From NCBI GenBank assembly GCA_963843145.1, contig CAWJJC010000020.1, positions 160,001 through 224,000 on the forward strand: a stretch of DNA of 64,000 bases, read 5' to 3'. The notes under the pieces are model-generated. The model worked only from the letters and a program-made list of their open reading frames with translations. It was not told where the DNA came from and ran no database searches. Positions within the stretch are counted from its first letter, which is position 1, and the number at the start of each line of letters is the position of its first letter. A program made the position numbers and the translations under genes. Shown here piece by piece: positions 27,472 to 37,405 of the stretch. Source of the stretch: an uncultured delta proteobacterium. Its GTDB lineage: Bacteria; Desulfobacterota; RBG-13-43-22.

Positions 27472-27777
27472 CTACCATTTCAATAGCGTAAAGCGGTCCG
27501 CATCCACGGAACCTTTGGACCGGTAGGCCGCGATCACCAGGGTCAGACCTACCGCCACCTCGGTTGCGGATACCCCGAGGATAAAGAGGACAAAGGCTTG
27601 CCCCTCCAATTGGTGCCAGCGCAGGGCGGAGGCTATAAACAGGATGGCCGCGGCGTTCATCATGATCTCCACCCCGATGAGGGTCATGATCAGATTGCGC
27701 CGCGTCAGCAAGCAGATCAGACCCAGAATGAAGAGGAGCGCCGCCAGGAGAAAGACCTGGCTGTAAGGTACAATCAT
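27472..27777 (-). CDS. nuoK: Complex I subunit K
   Basis: MIVPYSQ...RRNLIMTLIGVEIMMNA...ATEVAVGL; ATG overlaps the nuoJ stop. Confidence 0.93.
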   Translation of the reverse strand: MIVPYSQVFLLAALLFILGLICLLTRRNLIMTLIGVEIMMNAAAILFIASALRWHQLEGQAFVLFILGVSATEVAVGLTLVIAAYRSKGSVDADRFTLLKW

Positions 27778-28292
27778 AGGTTCTCCCCGTTTTCTTCTTC
27801 CCCGCCTCTTTTTCCCAGTTGGATGACGGCCATCAGGCCGACGAGCAGGATCAGAGAAATAATCTCCACGGAAAGCCAGTACTTCTCGAAGATGAAACGG
27901 CCGAAGGCCTTGGGCGTGGCCACGGCCGGCTCCAAAGGGATCCGGCTGTGCGGGTCCGTAAAAACCAGAAGCAGGGCCACCGAAAGAAAGATCAACCCCA
28001 GACCCATGGCGGGCGCCCATTGGGCCGCCGTCATCCCGGCTTCAGCGGCCGCCTCTTCCTTCAGCAGCATAATGACGAAGAGAAACAGGACCATGATCGC
28101 GCCGGCATAGATGATGACTTCCAGGGCAGCCAAAAAGGGCGCCCCAAGGAGATAGAAAAGCAGCGCGCTCCCCAGAAAGGATAGGATCAGATAAACCACC
28201 GCATGCACCGGATGACGACGGGTAATCGCCAACCCGGTCGAAACCAGAATAAACCCGGCCAGCACATAAAAGATGACGGTGTAAACGGTCAT
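27774..28292 (-). CDS. nuoJ: Complex I subunit J
   Basis: HPVHAVVYL, IIYAGAIMVLFLFVIML. Confidence 0.93.
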   Translation of the reverse strand: MTVYTVIFYVLAGFILVSTGLAITRRHPVHAVVYLILSFLGSALLFYLLGAPFLAALEVIIYAGAIMVLFLFVIMLLKEEAAAEAGMTAAQWAPAMGLGLIFLSVALLLVFTDPHSRIPLEPAVATPKAFGRFIFEKYWLSVEIISLILLVGLMAVIQLGKRGGEEENGENL

Positions 28293-28347
28293 GAAGAATC
28301 CTTTCCCGGCGGCGCATCCTCAGGGGATATTGGCGAAGGGCCCCGGC

Positions 28348-28902
28348 TCAAGGCAGATTACTCCTCAGATCCACCGGTTTCTCCTCCTGGTTATGCTCCC
28401 CCTTGCCCCCGGCAACGTTTATGCCGGCCTGGCGATAAAAATTGTACTCCTTATTTTTTCCTCCGTGATCCACCAGAAGATCCTCTTTTTCCGCCAGCAG
28501 CGTCAAGACATCATAGCCGCAATGCTCAAAGGACGGGGTCAATTGGATAGCCAGCGTAGGACAGGCCTCTTCACAGAACCCGCAATAGATACAACGGGCG
28601 AAGTTGATCCGGAACCAGGGCGCCCAGCGACGCCCATCCGCTCGTTCGGCGGATTGCATGGAGATGCAGTTGACCGGACAGACCGCCGAACAGAGATAAC
28701 AGGCCACGCAGCGCTCCTCACCGTCCGGGTCCCGGGTCAGGATGATTCTGGCCCGGGAACGGGCAGGCAGCGGCCGTTTATACTCCGGGTACTGCTCGGT
28801 GACCGGTTTTCGGAAGAGATGTTTCAAGACGGTCCAAAAGCCTTTGGCCAATCCCGGCCCGACATCGGCCCCTATCTTTCGTATCCTGGAGGAGTCGGCC
28901 AT
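28348..28902 (-). CDS. nuoI: Complex I subunit I
   Basis: TEQYPE, CVACYLCSAVCP, CIYCGFCEEACP. Confidence 0.95.
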   Translation of the reverse strand: MADSSRIRKIGADVGPGLAKGFWTVLKHLFRKPVTEQYPEYKRPLPARSRARIILTRDPDGEERCVACYLCSAVCPVNCISMQSAERADGRRWAPWFRINFARCIYCGFCEEACPTLAIQLTPSFEHCGYDVLTLLAEKEDLLVDHGGKNKEYNFYRQAGINVAGGKGEHNQEEKPVDLRSNLP

Positions 28903-28907
28903 TTATT

Positions 28908-29909
28908 TTAAATTCCCCTGACCCATAAGATCATCCCGCCGGTAGCCATGATATTCAGCAAAGCCGCGGGGATGAGGATCTTCCAGCCCAAATCCATGAG
29001 CTGGTCATAACGGAGACGCGGCAGGGTGGTCCGCATCCAGATCATGACAAAAACCACGGCCAGGACCTTGATCAAAAACCAGATCATCGGCGGCAGCAGC
29101 GGACCGCGCCATCCGCCCAAAAAGAAAACCGCCATCAATCCGCCCAAGACGATCATGGTAATGTACTCACCCAAAAAATAAAGGCCGAAACGCATACCGC
29201 TGTATTCCAGATGATAGCCGGCCACCAGCTCGGCGTCGGCCTCTGGCAGGTCAAAGGGAATCCGTTTGCTTTCCGCCACGGCACTGATAAAGAAAATAAC
29301 CAGGGCCAGCGGCTGCACCAGGATAAAAGGGTAACGGGCCTGGGCGGCCACGATATCCACCAGGCTGAAGGAGCGGGCCAGCATGACCACGGGGACCAGC
29401 GCGAGTCCCAAAGAGAGTTCATAACTGATCATCTGGGCCCCGGCCCGGACGCCGCCCAGAAGGCTGTATTTGGAATGGGAGGCCCACCCTCCCAGGGCCA
29501 CCCCATAGACGCTGATCGAGGAAAGGGCCAGGACAAAAAGAAGGCCCACATTAAGATCAGTAATCACCAGGGGAACCGGCCGGCCCATGACGGTCCATCC
29601 CCGGCCGAAGGGGATGACGGCAAAAATCAGCAAGGCCGTGGCCGCCACGACGGCCGGGGCCACAAGAAATATAGGGCGGTCCGCCCCTTGGGGGACGGTG
29701 TCTTCCTTGGTCAGCATTTTGATGACATCGGCCAACGGCTGGAGCAGTCCGAATTTCCCCGCCCGGTTGGGGCCATAGCGGACCTGCATCCGCCCCAGAA
29801 GCTTTCGTTCGGCCAGGGTCAGGTAAGCGGCGAGGGTCAGCAGACCGACCAACACCAGGCCCAGCTTGATCAGGAGAAAGAGGTACCCTAAAATCCAGTC
29901 CGGGGTCAC
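28908..29909 (-). CDS. nuoH: Complex I subunit H
   Basis: ERKLLGRMQVRYGPNR, QPLADVIK, QMISYE, PFDLPEA..EL, PRLRYDQLM; GTG 29909 overlaps the nuoG stop. Confidence 0.95.
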   Translation of the reverse strand: MTPDWILGYLFLLIKLGLVLVGLLTLAAYLTLAERKLLGRMQVRYGPNRAGKFGLLQPLADVIKMLTKEDTVPQGADRPIFLVAPAVVAATALLIFAVIPFGRGWTVMGRPVPLVITDLNVGLLFVLALSSISVYGVALGGWASHSKYSLLGGVRAGAQMISYELSLGLALVPVVMLARSFSLVDIVAAQARYPFILVQPLALVIFFISAVAESKRIPFDLPEADAELVAGYHLEYSGMRFGLYFLGEYITMIVLGGLMAVFFLGGWRGPLLPPMIWFLIKVLAVVFVMIWMRTTLPRLRYDQLMDLGWKILIPAALLNIMATGGMILWVRGI

Positions 29910-32374
29910 GGGGTCTCCTGACTTTTTTTGATTTGATCCTGGGACACCCGCAGCGGATGGACGGTTATTTTTTGCCAAGCCAGTTGGTCCTGCCGCGGCA
30001 GGATCATGACCCCCGCCGCCAGATGTTCCTGGAGATCCACCGCTATTTCCAGCGGCCCCCCCTCGAGGGAGAGTACCGCCGCCTCCCCATTCCGGAACCC
30101 TAACCGGTCTCCCACCTCGGTCGGCAAGGTCAGACTGGGCCGGCGCACTGTTTCCCGGAGGGGGCGGGAATAGGCGGAAATTTCTTCGGTCCCAAAGGTC
30201 CGGTCGACCAACAGGAGTTCCAGGGAATCACCGGAGACGGAGCCTTTGCTTCTCTCCAGATCCTCTGCGCCATTCGTTGCCGCAGGGCCTCCCTCCCCCT
30301 GATCGAGCCCTTGATCGGGAATGAGACGAATTTCCTCCCGGAGATCCTTCGGGTTCTGCAGTCGGGAGAAGATCGGATTTTCTTCGGCCAGGACTGTCCA
30401 GAGGGTATTCAGGGAGAGGTCTTCCTCCGGAGAGAGGAGCCGGGCCAGTTCAGCCAGTAGCCGGCCGGCCGGCCGGGGTTCTCCTCCGGGGATATCCTTT
30501 CGGAAGCGGCGCGGCGGATGGCCTCCGGCGTTCAGTTGTTCGACCGAGGTACCGCCGCGATAAACCGGCGCCGCCCATTGAATCCGGCCTTCCTGATTGA
30601 CGAAAGCGCCTCCGGCTTCAAATATGGTTTGGGTGGGCAAAAAAATATCTGCCTGGCGAGCCGACGGAGTAGGCAGAAAATCCATTACCAATAGAAAATC
30701 GAGCTTTCCCAAAGCCTTTTCCAACCGGGCTCGATCGGGGAAAAGCCGGAAGGGATCGCACTCCACCAAGATCAGAGCGGCCAGGGAACCGTTTTCAATG
30801 GCCTCCAGGGTCTTCAAAAAGGAGGCCCCGGGAGAGGAGAGCAGGGCTGCGCCGAAGGCATTGGCCTCCCCCAAGAGATAGAAAAGGCCGGCCGGCTGCC
30901 CCCTGGACTGAAGGGTAAGGACCAGATCGAAAGCCAGGGCCGGGGTGGTTGGCCTGACGACATCGGTGCCGCAAACGATGACCGGTCGACGGCTTTGTCT
31001 CATTTTCCGGGTTATTTCCTCCAGCCGGTCTCCAAGGGCGGGATCCGCGTCCGGGGGGGGCACGGTCCCTCGAGTCAGAAGGGCCAGACAGAGATCCAGG
31101 GCATCCGGGGTGACGGGAAGGTGCTCAAAAGTCAGGGGCAGAAAGACCGGTCGGGGATCAAGGACGGCAATGAAGGCCCCCTTCCGGAAGGCCTGTCGCA
31201 GAGTCAGGGACAACAGGGGGGCTTCCTGCTCCGGATCGGCACCGATAACCAGGATGAAGTCCGACTGTTCGATGTCCCTCAGAGAAACCGCCACCCGCTC
31301 ATCCAGTCTGGAGACCGCCCTCTTCACCGCATTTTCTCTAAAAGGATCCACCAGGTAGGCCGGGTCGGGCCAGCCTTGCCTCCGGCTGAGGCCTCTTAAC
31401 ATCCCCTGGGTCTCCAGGCTGCTTCGGCCGGAACCCTGACCGGCAACGGCCCCGGGTCCTTCGCTCCGGGTGATCTCAGCCAGCCGATCGGCAGCGGCCC
31501 GGAGGGCCTGATCCAGGGGAACTTCTTCCCGGGAAATCCTGGCCCGACGGGGCCGCTCCGGATGGTTGGCATAGGCATAGCCGTACCGACCCCGGTCACA
31601 GATGAAATACCCGTTAACCCTCCTGCTGAAGCCGGCTTCCATCCGGACCACTTCGCGATACCGGGCGCTGGCCACGACCCGGCAGCCCAGGGAGCAGTGA
31701 ATACAGAGGGAAGGGCTTCGTTCATACTCCCAACGCCGGCCTTTATAACGGGACGGTTTGTCGGTCAGGACCCCGGTGGGACACAAATCGATGATATTGC
31801 CCGAGAAGGGACTTTCCAGCGGACCGGCGCTGAACCGGCCGAAATACATGTGCTTGGCGATCCCCAGCGCCCCGAAATCCCGGTACCCGGCGAACTCCTG
31901 GTAAAAGCGACGGCAGCGAAAGCAATGGATACAGCGGTTCATCTCCTGCTGGATAAAAGGGCCCAGGTCTTGATCGTTAAAGGTCCGCTTTTTTCCGGCG
32001 TAGCGGCGGATGCCGTGCCCGCCGGCCACGGTCAGGTCCTGGAGCAGGCAGTGGCCCCCTTCGTCGCAAACCGGGCAGTCATGGGGGTGATTCATCATCA
32101 GCCACTCGATCACCTGGCGGCGAAAATCGACCGCCTCCGCATCGGTGGTGGAGACCACCATTCCCTCCCCGGCTTCCACCATGCAGCTCATTTTCACCCC
32201 TTTGACCGGGCCTTCCAGAAATTTCACGGCACACATCCGGCAGGCCCCCAGCGATCCCAGGGCCGGATGATAACAGAAGCGGGGGATGACGATGCCCAGC
32301 GCTTCAGCCGCTTCAATGACCTTGGTCCCTGCAGGGACCTCGATCTCCAGATTATCGATGATCAATTGGGGCAT
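29906..32374 (-). CDS. nuoG: Complex I subunit G (long E. coli-type, with N7 cluster)
   Basis: CYHP..GACRMC, HPHDCPVCDEGGHC, CIHCFRC, CIHCSLGC...CDRGR. Confidence 0.95.
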   Translation of the reverse strand: MPQLIIDNLEIEVPAGTKVIEAAEALGIVIPRFCYHPALGSLGACRMCAVKFLEGPVKGVKMSCMVEAGEGMVVSTTDAEAVDFRRQVIEWLMMNHPHDCPVCDEGGHCLLQDLTVAGGHGIRRYAGKKRTFNDQDLGPFIQQEMNRCIHCFRCRRFYQEFAGYRDFGALGIAKHMYFGRFSAGPLESPFSGNIIDLCPTGVLTDKPSRYKGRRWEYERSPSLCIHCSLGCRVVASARYREVVRMEAGFSRRVNGYFICDRGRYGYAYANHPERPRRARISREEVPLDQALRAAADRLAEITRSEGPGAVAGQGSGRSSLETQGMLRGLSRRQGWPDPAYLVDPFRENAVKRAVSRLDERVAVSLRDIEQSDFILVIGADPEQEAPLLSLTLRQAFRKGAFIAVLDPRPVFLPLTFEHLPVTPDALDLCLALLTRGTVPPPDADPALGDRLEEITRKMRQSRRPVIVCGTDVVRPTTPALAFDLVLTLQSRGQPAGLFYLLGEANAFGAALLSSPGASFLKTLEAIENGSLAALILVECDPFRLFPDRARLEKALGKLDFLLVMDFLPTPSARQADIFLPTQTIFEAGGAFVNQEGRIQWAAPVYRGGTSVEQLNAGGHPPRRFRKDIPGGEPRPAGRLLAELARLLSPEEDLSLNTLWTVLAEENPIFSRLQNPKDLREEIRLIPDQGLDQGEGGPAATNGAEDLERSKGSVSGDSLELLLVDRTFGTEEISAYSRPLRETVRRPSLTLPTEVGDRLGFRNGEAAVLSLEGGPLEIAVDLQEHLAAGVMILPRQDQLAWQKITVHPLRVSQDQIKKSQETP

Positions 32375-32409
32375 TTTCAGTTATACCCTTAAAACATTTT
32401 GATTTTTTC

Positions 32410-32716
32410 GCCCTTTTGAGTAGGTGACCACAACCTTTAACCTGAAATCATTCCTTCGTGGCCGCCGGGTCTCAGCGAAAGGGTTTTCCAAAGGTACTCC
32501 GGACCCCGAATCCGGGCCTAACTTGTTAATTTTATTTAGAGCAGACCCAAACTCAGAGGCTTTTGATGCCTCCCAGTCTTGCCCTGCCTCCTGAAAGATT
32601 TGAAAACATGGGGGCCGGGTTAGAACTTAAAAAGGCCCGCCTAGGCGGGCTGGAAAACCCTTTCGCTGAGACCCGGCGGCCATACAAGATAAGTCGGAGT
32701 ACTTGCCCAAAAGGGC
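32410..32716. repeat. MITE-like palindromic insertion between nuoF and nuoG (family B)
   Basis: Perfect 32-bp inverted repeat 32459-32490 / 32651-32682; imperfect outer arms GCCCTTTTG / CAAAAGGGC; a diverged single arm recurs at 46099-46170. Confidence 0.8.
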
Positions 32717-32736
32717 TAACCGTCGCATTTAGTGAC

Positions 32737-34038
32737 TCAGGTGGAAAAACCTGTAGCCCGCTCCGTTTTAAAAGGACATTTTTTTTGGGAAATGTGTTCG
32801 TGTATTTCCTCGACAAAGTCATCCACCAGTCCCCTGACCGGCGTCGCCGCGCCGGGGGCAAAAGCGCAGTAGGCGTTGGACAGGTGTTCGCACATCTCCC
32901 GCAGTCTGGGAATAAAGGCTTCCTTTCCTTCCCCTGCTTCAATACGCCGGAGCAAATCCGCCATGTAAGGCAGTCCTTCGCGGCAAGGGGTACAAAAGCC
33001 GCAGGATTCCCGGGCAAAAAATTGAATCAGGTTCAAGGTGGCGCCCACCAGGCAGGTCTTCTGATCGAAGACTACGATGGCCCCGGTTCCCAAACGATGC
33101 CCCGGACCTATCTTTTTAAAGGAATCAAAATCCATGGGAATATCGTAAAATCCTTTAGGCACAAACCGGGTCGAGGCCCCCCCCGGCAAACAGGTCTTGT
33201 ATTCGGATCCGGATTGCAATCCGCCGGCCTGCACTTCGATAATTTCAGATAAAGGGGTCCCGAAAGGCAGCTCAAAACAACCGGGACGTTTGACCCGCCC
33301 GCTGACGGAGTAGATCTTGTTGCCGGCGCAGGTCTTGCTCCGGGACAAGTTCCGAAACCACTCGGGGCCGTTCTTCAAGATAAAGGGCACGTAGGCCAGC
33401 GTTTCGGCATTGTTGACTATGGTAGGCCGACCCCAGAGTCCTTCCGAGGTGAGGTGACCTTCTATATTGGGATGCGGTCTTTTCCCTTCCAGGGCGTGAA
33501 CCAGGCCTTTGGTCTCCCCGCAGATGTACCGGCCCGCGCTCCGATGGACAGCCACCTGCAGGGAATGCCCGCTCCCCAGGATGTTCCGGCCCAAAAAGCC
33601 CGCCGCCGCGGCCTCCTCCAATGCCGTCTCGAATATCCCGGCCGCGCTTTCATAGGAAGGCCGGATAAAGAAGAAGCCCTTCTCCGCCGAAACGGCATAG
33701 GAAGCAATGATCAGCCCTTCGAGGATACTATGGGGATTGGCCGCTACCAGCGTTCTATCCTTGAAAGTTCCGGGCTCCATTTCGTCCGTGTTGGAGACGA
33801 TAACCCTCGGAAAAAGCGCGTCCTCGGCCACCAAAGACCACTTGCGTCCGGTGGGGAAACCCGCCCCGCCGCGGCCCTGAAGACCGGAATTGAGGACAAT
33901 CTGTTTGACCTCCTGGGGAGTATGCTTCCCGAGGACGTCCGCCAAAGCCTGGTAACCGCCGCTCTCCCGGTAGGCCGCCAGTCCAAGCGATTGACCGGGC
34001 TGAACATTTTTCAAGAGCACCCGTTCCGAGCTACCCAT
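32737..34038 (-). CDS. nuoF: Complex I flavoprotein subunit F with an atypical nucleotide-binding site
   Basis: GRGGAGFPTGRKW, DEMEPGTFKDR, AGRYICGE, ESCGFCTPCREG...C; start MGSSERVL overlaps the nuoE stop. Confidence 0.95.
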   Translation of the reverse strand: MGSSERVLLKNVQPGQSLGLAAYRESGGYQALADVLGKHTPQEVKQIVLNSGLQGRGGAGFPTGRKWSLVAEDALFPRVIVSNTDEMEPGTFKDRTLVAANPHSILEGLIIASYAVSAEKGFFFIRPSYESAAGIFETALEEAAAAGFLGRNILGSGHSLQVAVHRSAGRYICGETKGLVHALEGKRPHPNIEGHLTSEGLWGRPTIVNNAETLAYVPFILKNGPEWFRNLSRSKTCAGNKIYSVSGRVKRPGCFELPFGTPLSEIIEVQAGGLQSGSEYKTCLPGGASTRFVPKGFYDIPMDFDSFKKIGPGHRLGTGAIVVFDQKTCLVGATLNLIQFFARESCGFCTPCREGLPYMADLLRRIEAGEGKEAFIPRLREMCEHLSNAYCAFAPGAATPVRGLVDDFVEEIHEHISQKKCPFKTERATGFST

Positions 34039-34532
34039 TAGCGATCCGATACCGGAATCTCTTGCCCGGTTTTCAGTTTTTCCAGAATCTGATCGATGCG
34101 CTCGGGGGTCAGCGGACCGTAAGGCACCCCGTTGACCAGCATGGCCGGCGCGTGATCGCAATACCCGATACAGGCCGAAGGCAGAATGGTGAACAGCTTG
34201 TCGGGAGTGATTTCCCCCACCCGGACGCCCAACTTCCGGCAAAGGTAGGCCACGACCGATTCCTCCCCAAACATCCAGCAGACGACTCCGTCACAGGCGT
34301 GAATGACGAATTTCCCCACCGGCTCCCGGTAGATGAAATCGTAGAAAGTGGCGATTTCCTCCAGTTCCAGGGGGGTCAGGCCCAGGAGATCCGCCCCTTC
34401 CTGAAGGGCCTCATCACTGAGATAGCCGCACTCTTTCTGCAGGGCGAACATCACCTCCACAGCCAGCTCCCGGGGATGATCGGTCTCGGCCATCTTTTGC
34501 CGGAGTAACTCCAAGTTCTCGCTGGACAGCAT
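34038..34532 (-). CDS. nuoE: Complex I subunit E
   Basis: IATFY, CDGVVC...CIGYCDHAP 2Fe-2S motif. Confidence 0.93.
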   Translation of the reverse strand: MLSSENLELLRQKMAETDHPRELAVEVMFALQKECGYLSDEALQEGADLLGLTPLELEEIATFYDFIYREPVGKFVIHACDGVVCWMFGEESVVAYLCRKLGVRVGEITPDKLFTILPSACIGYCDHAPAMLVNGVPYGPLTPERIDQILEKLKTGQEIPVSDR

Positions 34533-34542
34533 CCCCGGCCCC

Positions 34543-36999
34543 CTAACGATCGATATCCGGCATGATATAGTCAATGGAGCCGATAATGGCCAGCAGGTCG
34601 GACAACAGGCCGCCGCGAGCCATCAAAGGCATGGCCTGCATGTTGGCAAACCCGGGGGTCCGGATCCGCATCCGGTAGGCCCGAGGCAGACCGTCACTGA
34701 CCACGTAGTAGCCCTGTTCCCCGCGGGGGGCCTCCACCGCGGCATAGGCCTCCCCGCGGGGGATTTTCGGCCCCCGGGTGACATTGACAAAATGATGAAT
34801 AAGGCTTTCAATATCCCTCAGGGTATCGGTTTTCCGAGGAACGGTGTAGCGGTAGTCCTCACTGCCATACCGGCCGGCCGGCATCCTCCGGACGGCCTGT
34901 TCGATGATCCGCAGGCTCTGGCGCAGTTCCTCGACCCGCACCCGGTAACGGGCGTAGCAGTCCCCTTCCCTGGCCGTGGGAATATCAAAATCAAAATGCT
35001 CATAGGAGGAATAGGGGAATTGCTTGCGCAAATCCCAATCGAGGCCGCAGGCCCGCAGGTTGGGACCGGTCACCCCCCAATCCATGGCCTCCTCCAGGGA
35101 CAAGGGCCCGACGCCGCGGGTTCGGGCCTCAAAAATAGGGTTCCGGGTAGCCAGGGCTTCATACTCTTTGATCCGCTCCGGGAAAATCTTCAGGAAGGCC
35201 TCAATCGGTTCTTTCCAGCCCTGCGGCAAGTCGTCAGCCACCCCCCCGATTCGGAACCAGGAGGGATGGAGCCGACCTCCGGTGATCAGCTCGATAATAT
35301 CCATAACCTTTTCGCGGTCCCGAAAGGTGTAAAAAACCGGACCAATGGCGCCCACGTCCTGCAGGAAGGTGCCGAACCAGACCAGGTGATTGCTCAGTCG
35401 AAAAAATTCACCAAGCAGCACCCGGATGTATTGCGCCCGTTCCGGGACCTGGATCCCGGTTAGAATTTCAACCGAATTCAAGTAAGCCAGGTTATTGTAC
35501 ACCCCGGAAAGATAATCCACCCGGTCGGTGTAGGGGATGAATTGATGCCAGGACTGGTGCTCGCCGATTTTTTCCACCGAACGGTGGTGATAGCCGATGT
35601 CCAGGTCGATAGCGGAAATCCTTTCGCCCTCCAGGGAAAGGATGAAACGTATCAGGCCGTGAGAGCCCGGGTGATGAGGACCCAGGTTCAGGATCATTTC
35701 CCGGCCCTCTTCCCCGGCTTGGCGGACGAGGATGCCGGCGTCCAGAGGCTGGTATTTTTCGGCCTCGGCCCTGGTGTAGGGGGCCATCTCGGTGGCCCGG
35801 CCCGGATAATCCTTTCGTAAGGGATGGCCTTCCCAGTCGTGGGGGAGGAGAATCCGGCGCAGATCCGGATGTCCTTGAAAGCGGATTCCGAAGAGGTCAA
35901 AGACTTCCCGCTCGTACCAGTTGGCCGAGGGCCAGATATCGGTGATGGTCGGGGTTACCGGGTTTTTATCGGCTAGAGGAACCTTGAGACGAAGACGCCC
36001 GGCCGGTTCGAAGGACAGTAAATGATAAACCAGCGTATACGCCGGGTATTCTTGGGGGTCCGGACGGGGAGGCTTATCCCGGACTATTTCTTTCCCCACC
36101 GTGCCGTCTTCGATCTCGAAATTCCCCTGGCCCCGTCGGGCCGATTCATCCACAGCAGTCAGATCATCCAGGCGTAGGAACCTGGGACGGGATTCGGTCT
36201 TCAGGAAACGGAGGACCTCTTTAATCCGGTCCCCGGCGACCTCAAAGGTGGCCATATCCGAGGTTTGGGGAGTCTGGTTGAGGGCCTCGCCGAACTTTTC
36301 CTTTAGCACCGCGGCCAAGGAGCGGTCCCGGTCCGTCAGTTCTATTCTGCGGGGCGGCGGCGTCCACATCAGGTCGGAGCGGCTATCCCAAAATCGAGGA
36401 GGGGTGACGGAGGTGCCTCGGACAGGCAGGCCTTCATAGCCCGGCCCCCGGGTATCCCTGGATTTTGTCTGCCCATCGACCAGCACGGGTTTTTGAGACC
36501 CTTGAGTCCCTCCGGGCAGATGGAAAATCGAACGACTCGGCCTTTCCGACCCGATCTTCTTTTGCAGCAGCAGCAATCCCTGCAAGACGGCCTCCGGCCG
36601 AGGCGGGCAACCCGGAATATAGACATCTACGGGCAAAATTTGATCAATGCCCTGGACCACGCTATAGCCATCATACATCCCGCCGCAGTTGCTGCAGGAG
36701 CCCATGGAGATCACCCATTTCGGTTCAGGCATCTGCTCATAAAACCGCAGGATCGCCGGCGCCACTTTTTTAAAAATGGTCCCCGAGGTGATCAGGAGAT
36801 CGGACTGGCGGGGGGAACCGCGCAGGACCTCGGCCCCAAAACGGGCCATATCATAGCGGGGGGTCAGGGCCGTCGACTCCTCGATGAAGCAGCAGGAAAG
36901 TCCAAAAAAGGCGGGCCAGAGGGAATACTTCCGCGACCAGTTGACCAGCAGGTCCAAGCGGTCCAGCGCTTTATTTTTGAGCTGATCGAAGGGTTTCAA
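34543..36999 (-). CDS. nuoBCD: Fused complex I subunits B-C-D
   Basis: GLSCC, SPRQSD, GCPPRPE (B); [18 protein letters not shown] (C); [24 protein letters not shown] (D), all in one 818-aa ORF. Confidence 0.95.
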   Translation of the reverse strand: MKPFDQLKNKALDRLDLLVNWSRKYSLWPAFFGLSCCFIEESTALTPRYDMARFGAEVLRGSPRQSDLLITSGTIFKKVAPAILRFYEQMPEPKWVISMGSCSNCGGMYDGYSVVQGIDQILPVDVYIPGCPPRPEAVLQGLLLLQKKIGSERPSRSIFHLPGGTQGSQKPVLVDGQTKSRDTRGPGYEGLPVRGTSVTPPRFWDSRSDLMWTPPPRRIELTDRDRSLAAVLKEKFGEALNQTPQTSDMATFEVAGDRIKEVLRFLKTESRPRFLRLDDLTAVDESARRGQGNFEIEDGTVGKEIVRDKPPRPDPQEYPAYTLVYHLLSFEPAGRLRLKVPLADKNPVTPTITDIWPSANWYEREVFDLFGIRFQGHPDLRRILLPHDWEGHPLRKDYPGRATEMAPYTRAEAEKYQPLDAGILVRQAGEEGREMILNLGPHHPGSHGLIRFILSLEGERISAIDLDIGYHHRSVEKIGEHQSWHQFIPYTDRVDYLSGVYNNLAYLNSVEILTGIQVPERAQYIRVLLGEFFRLSNHLVWFGTFLQDVGAIGPVFYTFRDREKVMDIIELITGGRLHPSWFRIGGVADDLPQGWKEPIEAFLKIFPERIKEYEALATRNPIFEARTRGVGPLSLEEAMDWGVTGPNLRACGLDWDLRKQFPYSSYEHFDFDIPTAREGDCYARYRVRVEELRQSLRIIEQAVRRMPAGRYGSEDYRYTVPRKTDTLRDIESLIHHFVNVTRGPKIPRGEAYAAVEAPRGEQGYYVVSDGLPRAYRMRIRTPGFANMQAMPLMARGGLLSDLLAIIGSIDYIMPDIDR

Positions 37000-37405
37000 G
37001 GCCCGCTACCCACTCCAATCCCCGTTTCTTCCAAATATAATAAAGGCCGGCCAGCAGGAGCACAATGAAACCGGAAATCTGGAGCCAGCCGGACCAGCCC
37101 AGCTCCAGGATGGCCACGGCCCAGGCGAAAATAAAGACCGCCTCGACATCGAAAATAAGGAAAAAAACGGCCACCCGGTAAAAAGGAACGGGATAGGCGA
37201 GCCGCGCCGGTCCGCTGGGGATCAGCCCGCATTCAAAGGGCAGCTCTTTATTCGCGTTGGTTTTCTTTTCTCCCAGCCAGGAAGCAAGAAAAAGAAGGAG
37301 GACCACCAAGGCCAGGATCATCAGGCCGTAAAGAAAAAGGGCCGCGAAACCCGGTTCCCAGGGGGTTAACGTACCGGCAGTGTCTAAAGGCTGCATCGTT
37401 ATCAT
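36971..37405 (-). CDS. nuoA: Complex I subunit A
   Basis: [15 protein letters not shown], 3 TM; ATG 37405 overlaps the tal stop (ATGA). Confidence 0.92.
   Translation of the reverse strand: MITMQPLDTAGTLTPWEPGFAALFLYGLMILALVVLLLFLASWLGEKKTNANKELPFECGLIPSGPARLAYPVPFYRVAVFFLIFDVEAVFIFAWAVAILELGWSGWLQISGFIVLLLAGLYYIWKKRGLEWVAGLETLRSAQK

Noticed and set aside
32553-33252. ORFs spanning the nuoF-nuoG insertion as a transposase or extra subunit
   Set aside because: They overlap nuoF, derive from the palindrome and show no transposase motifs.
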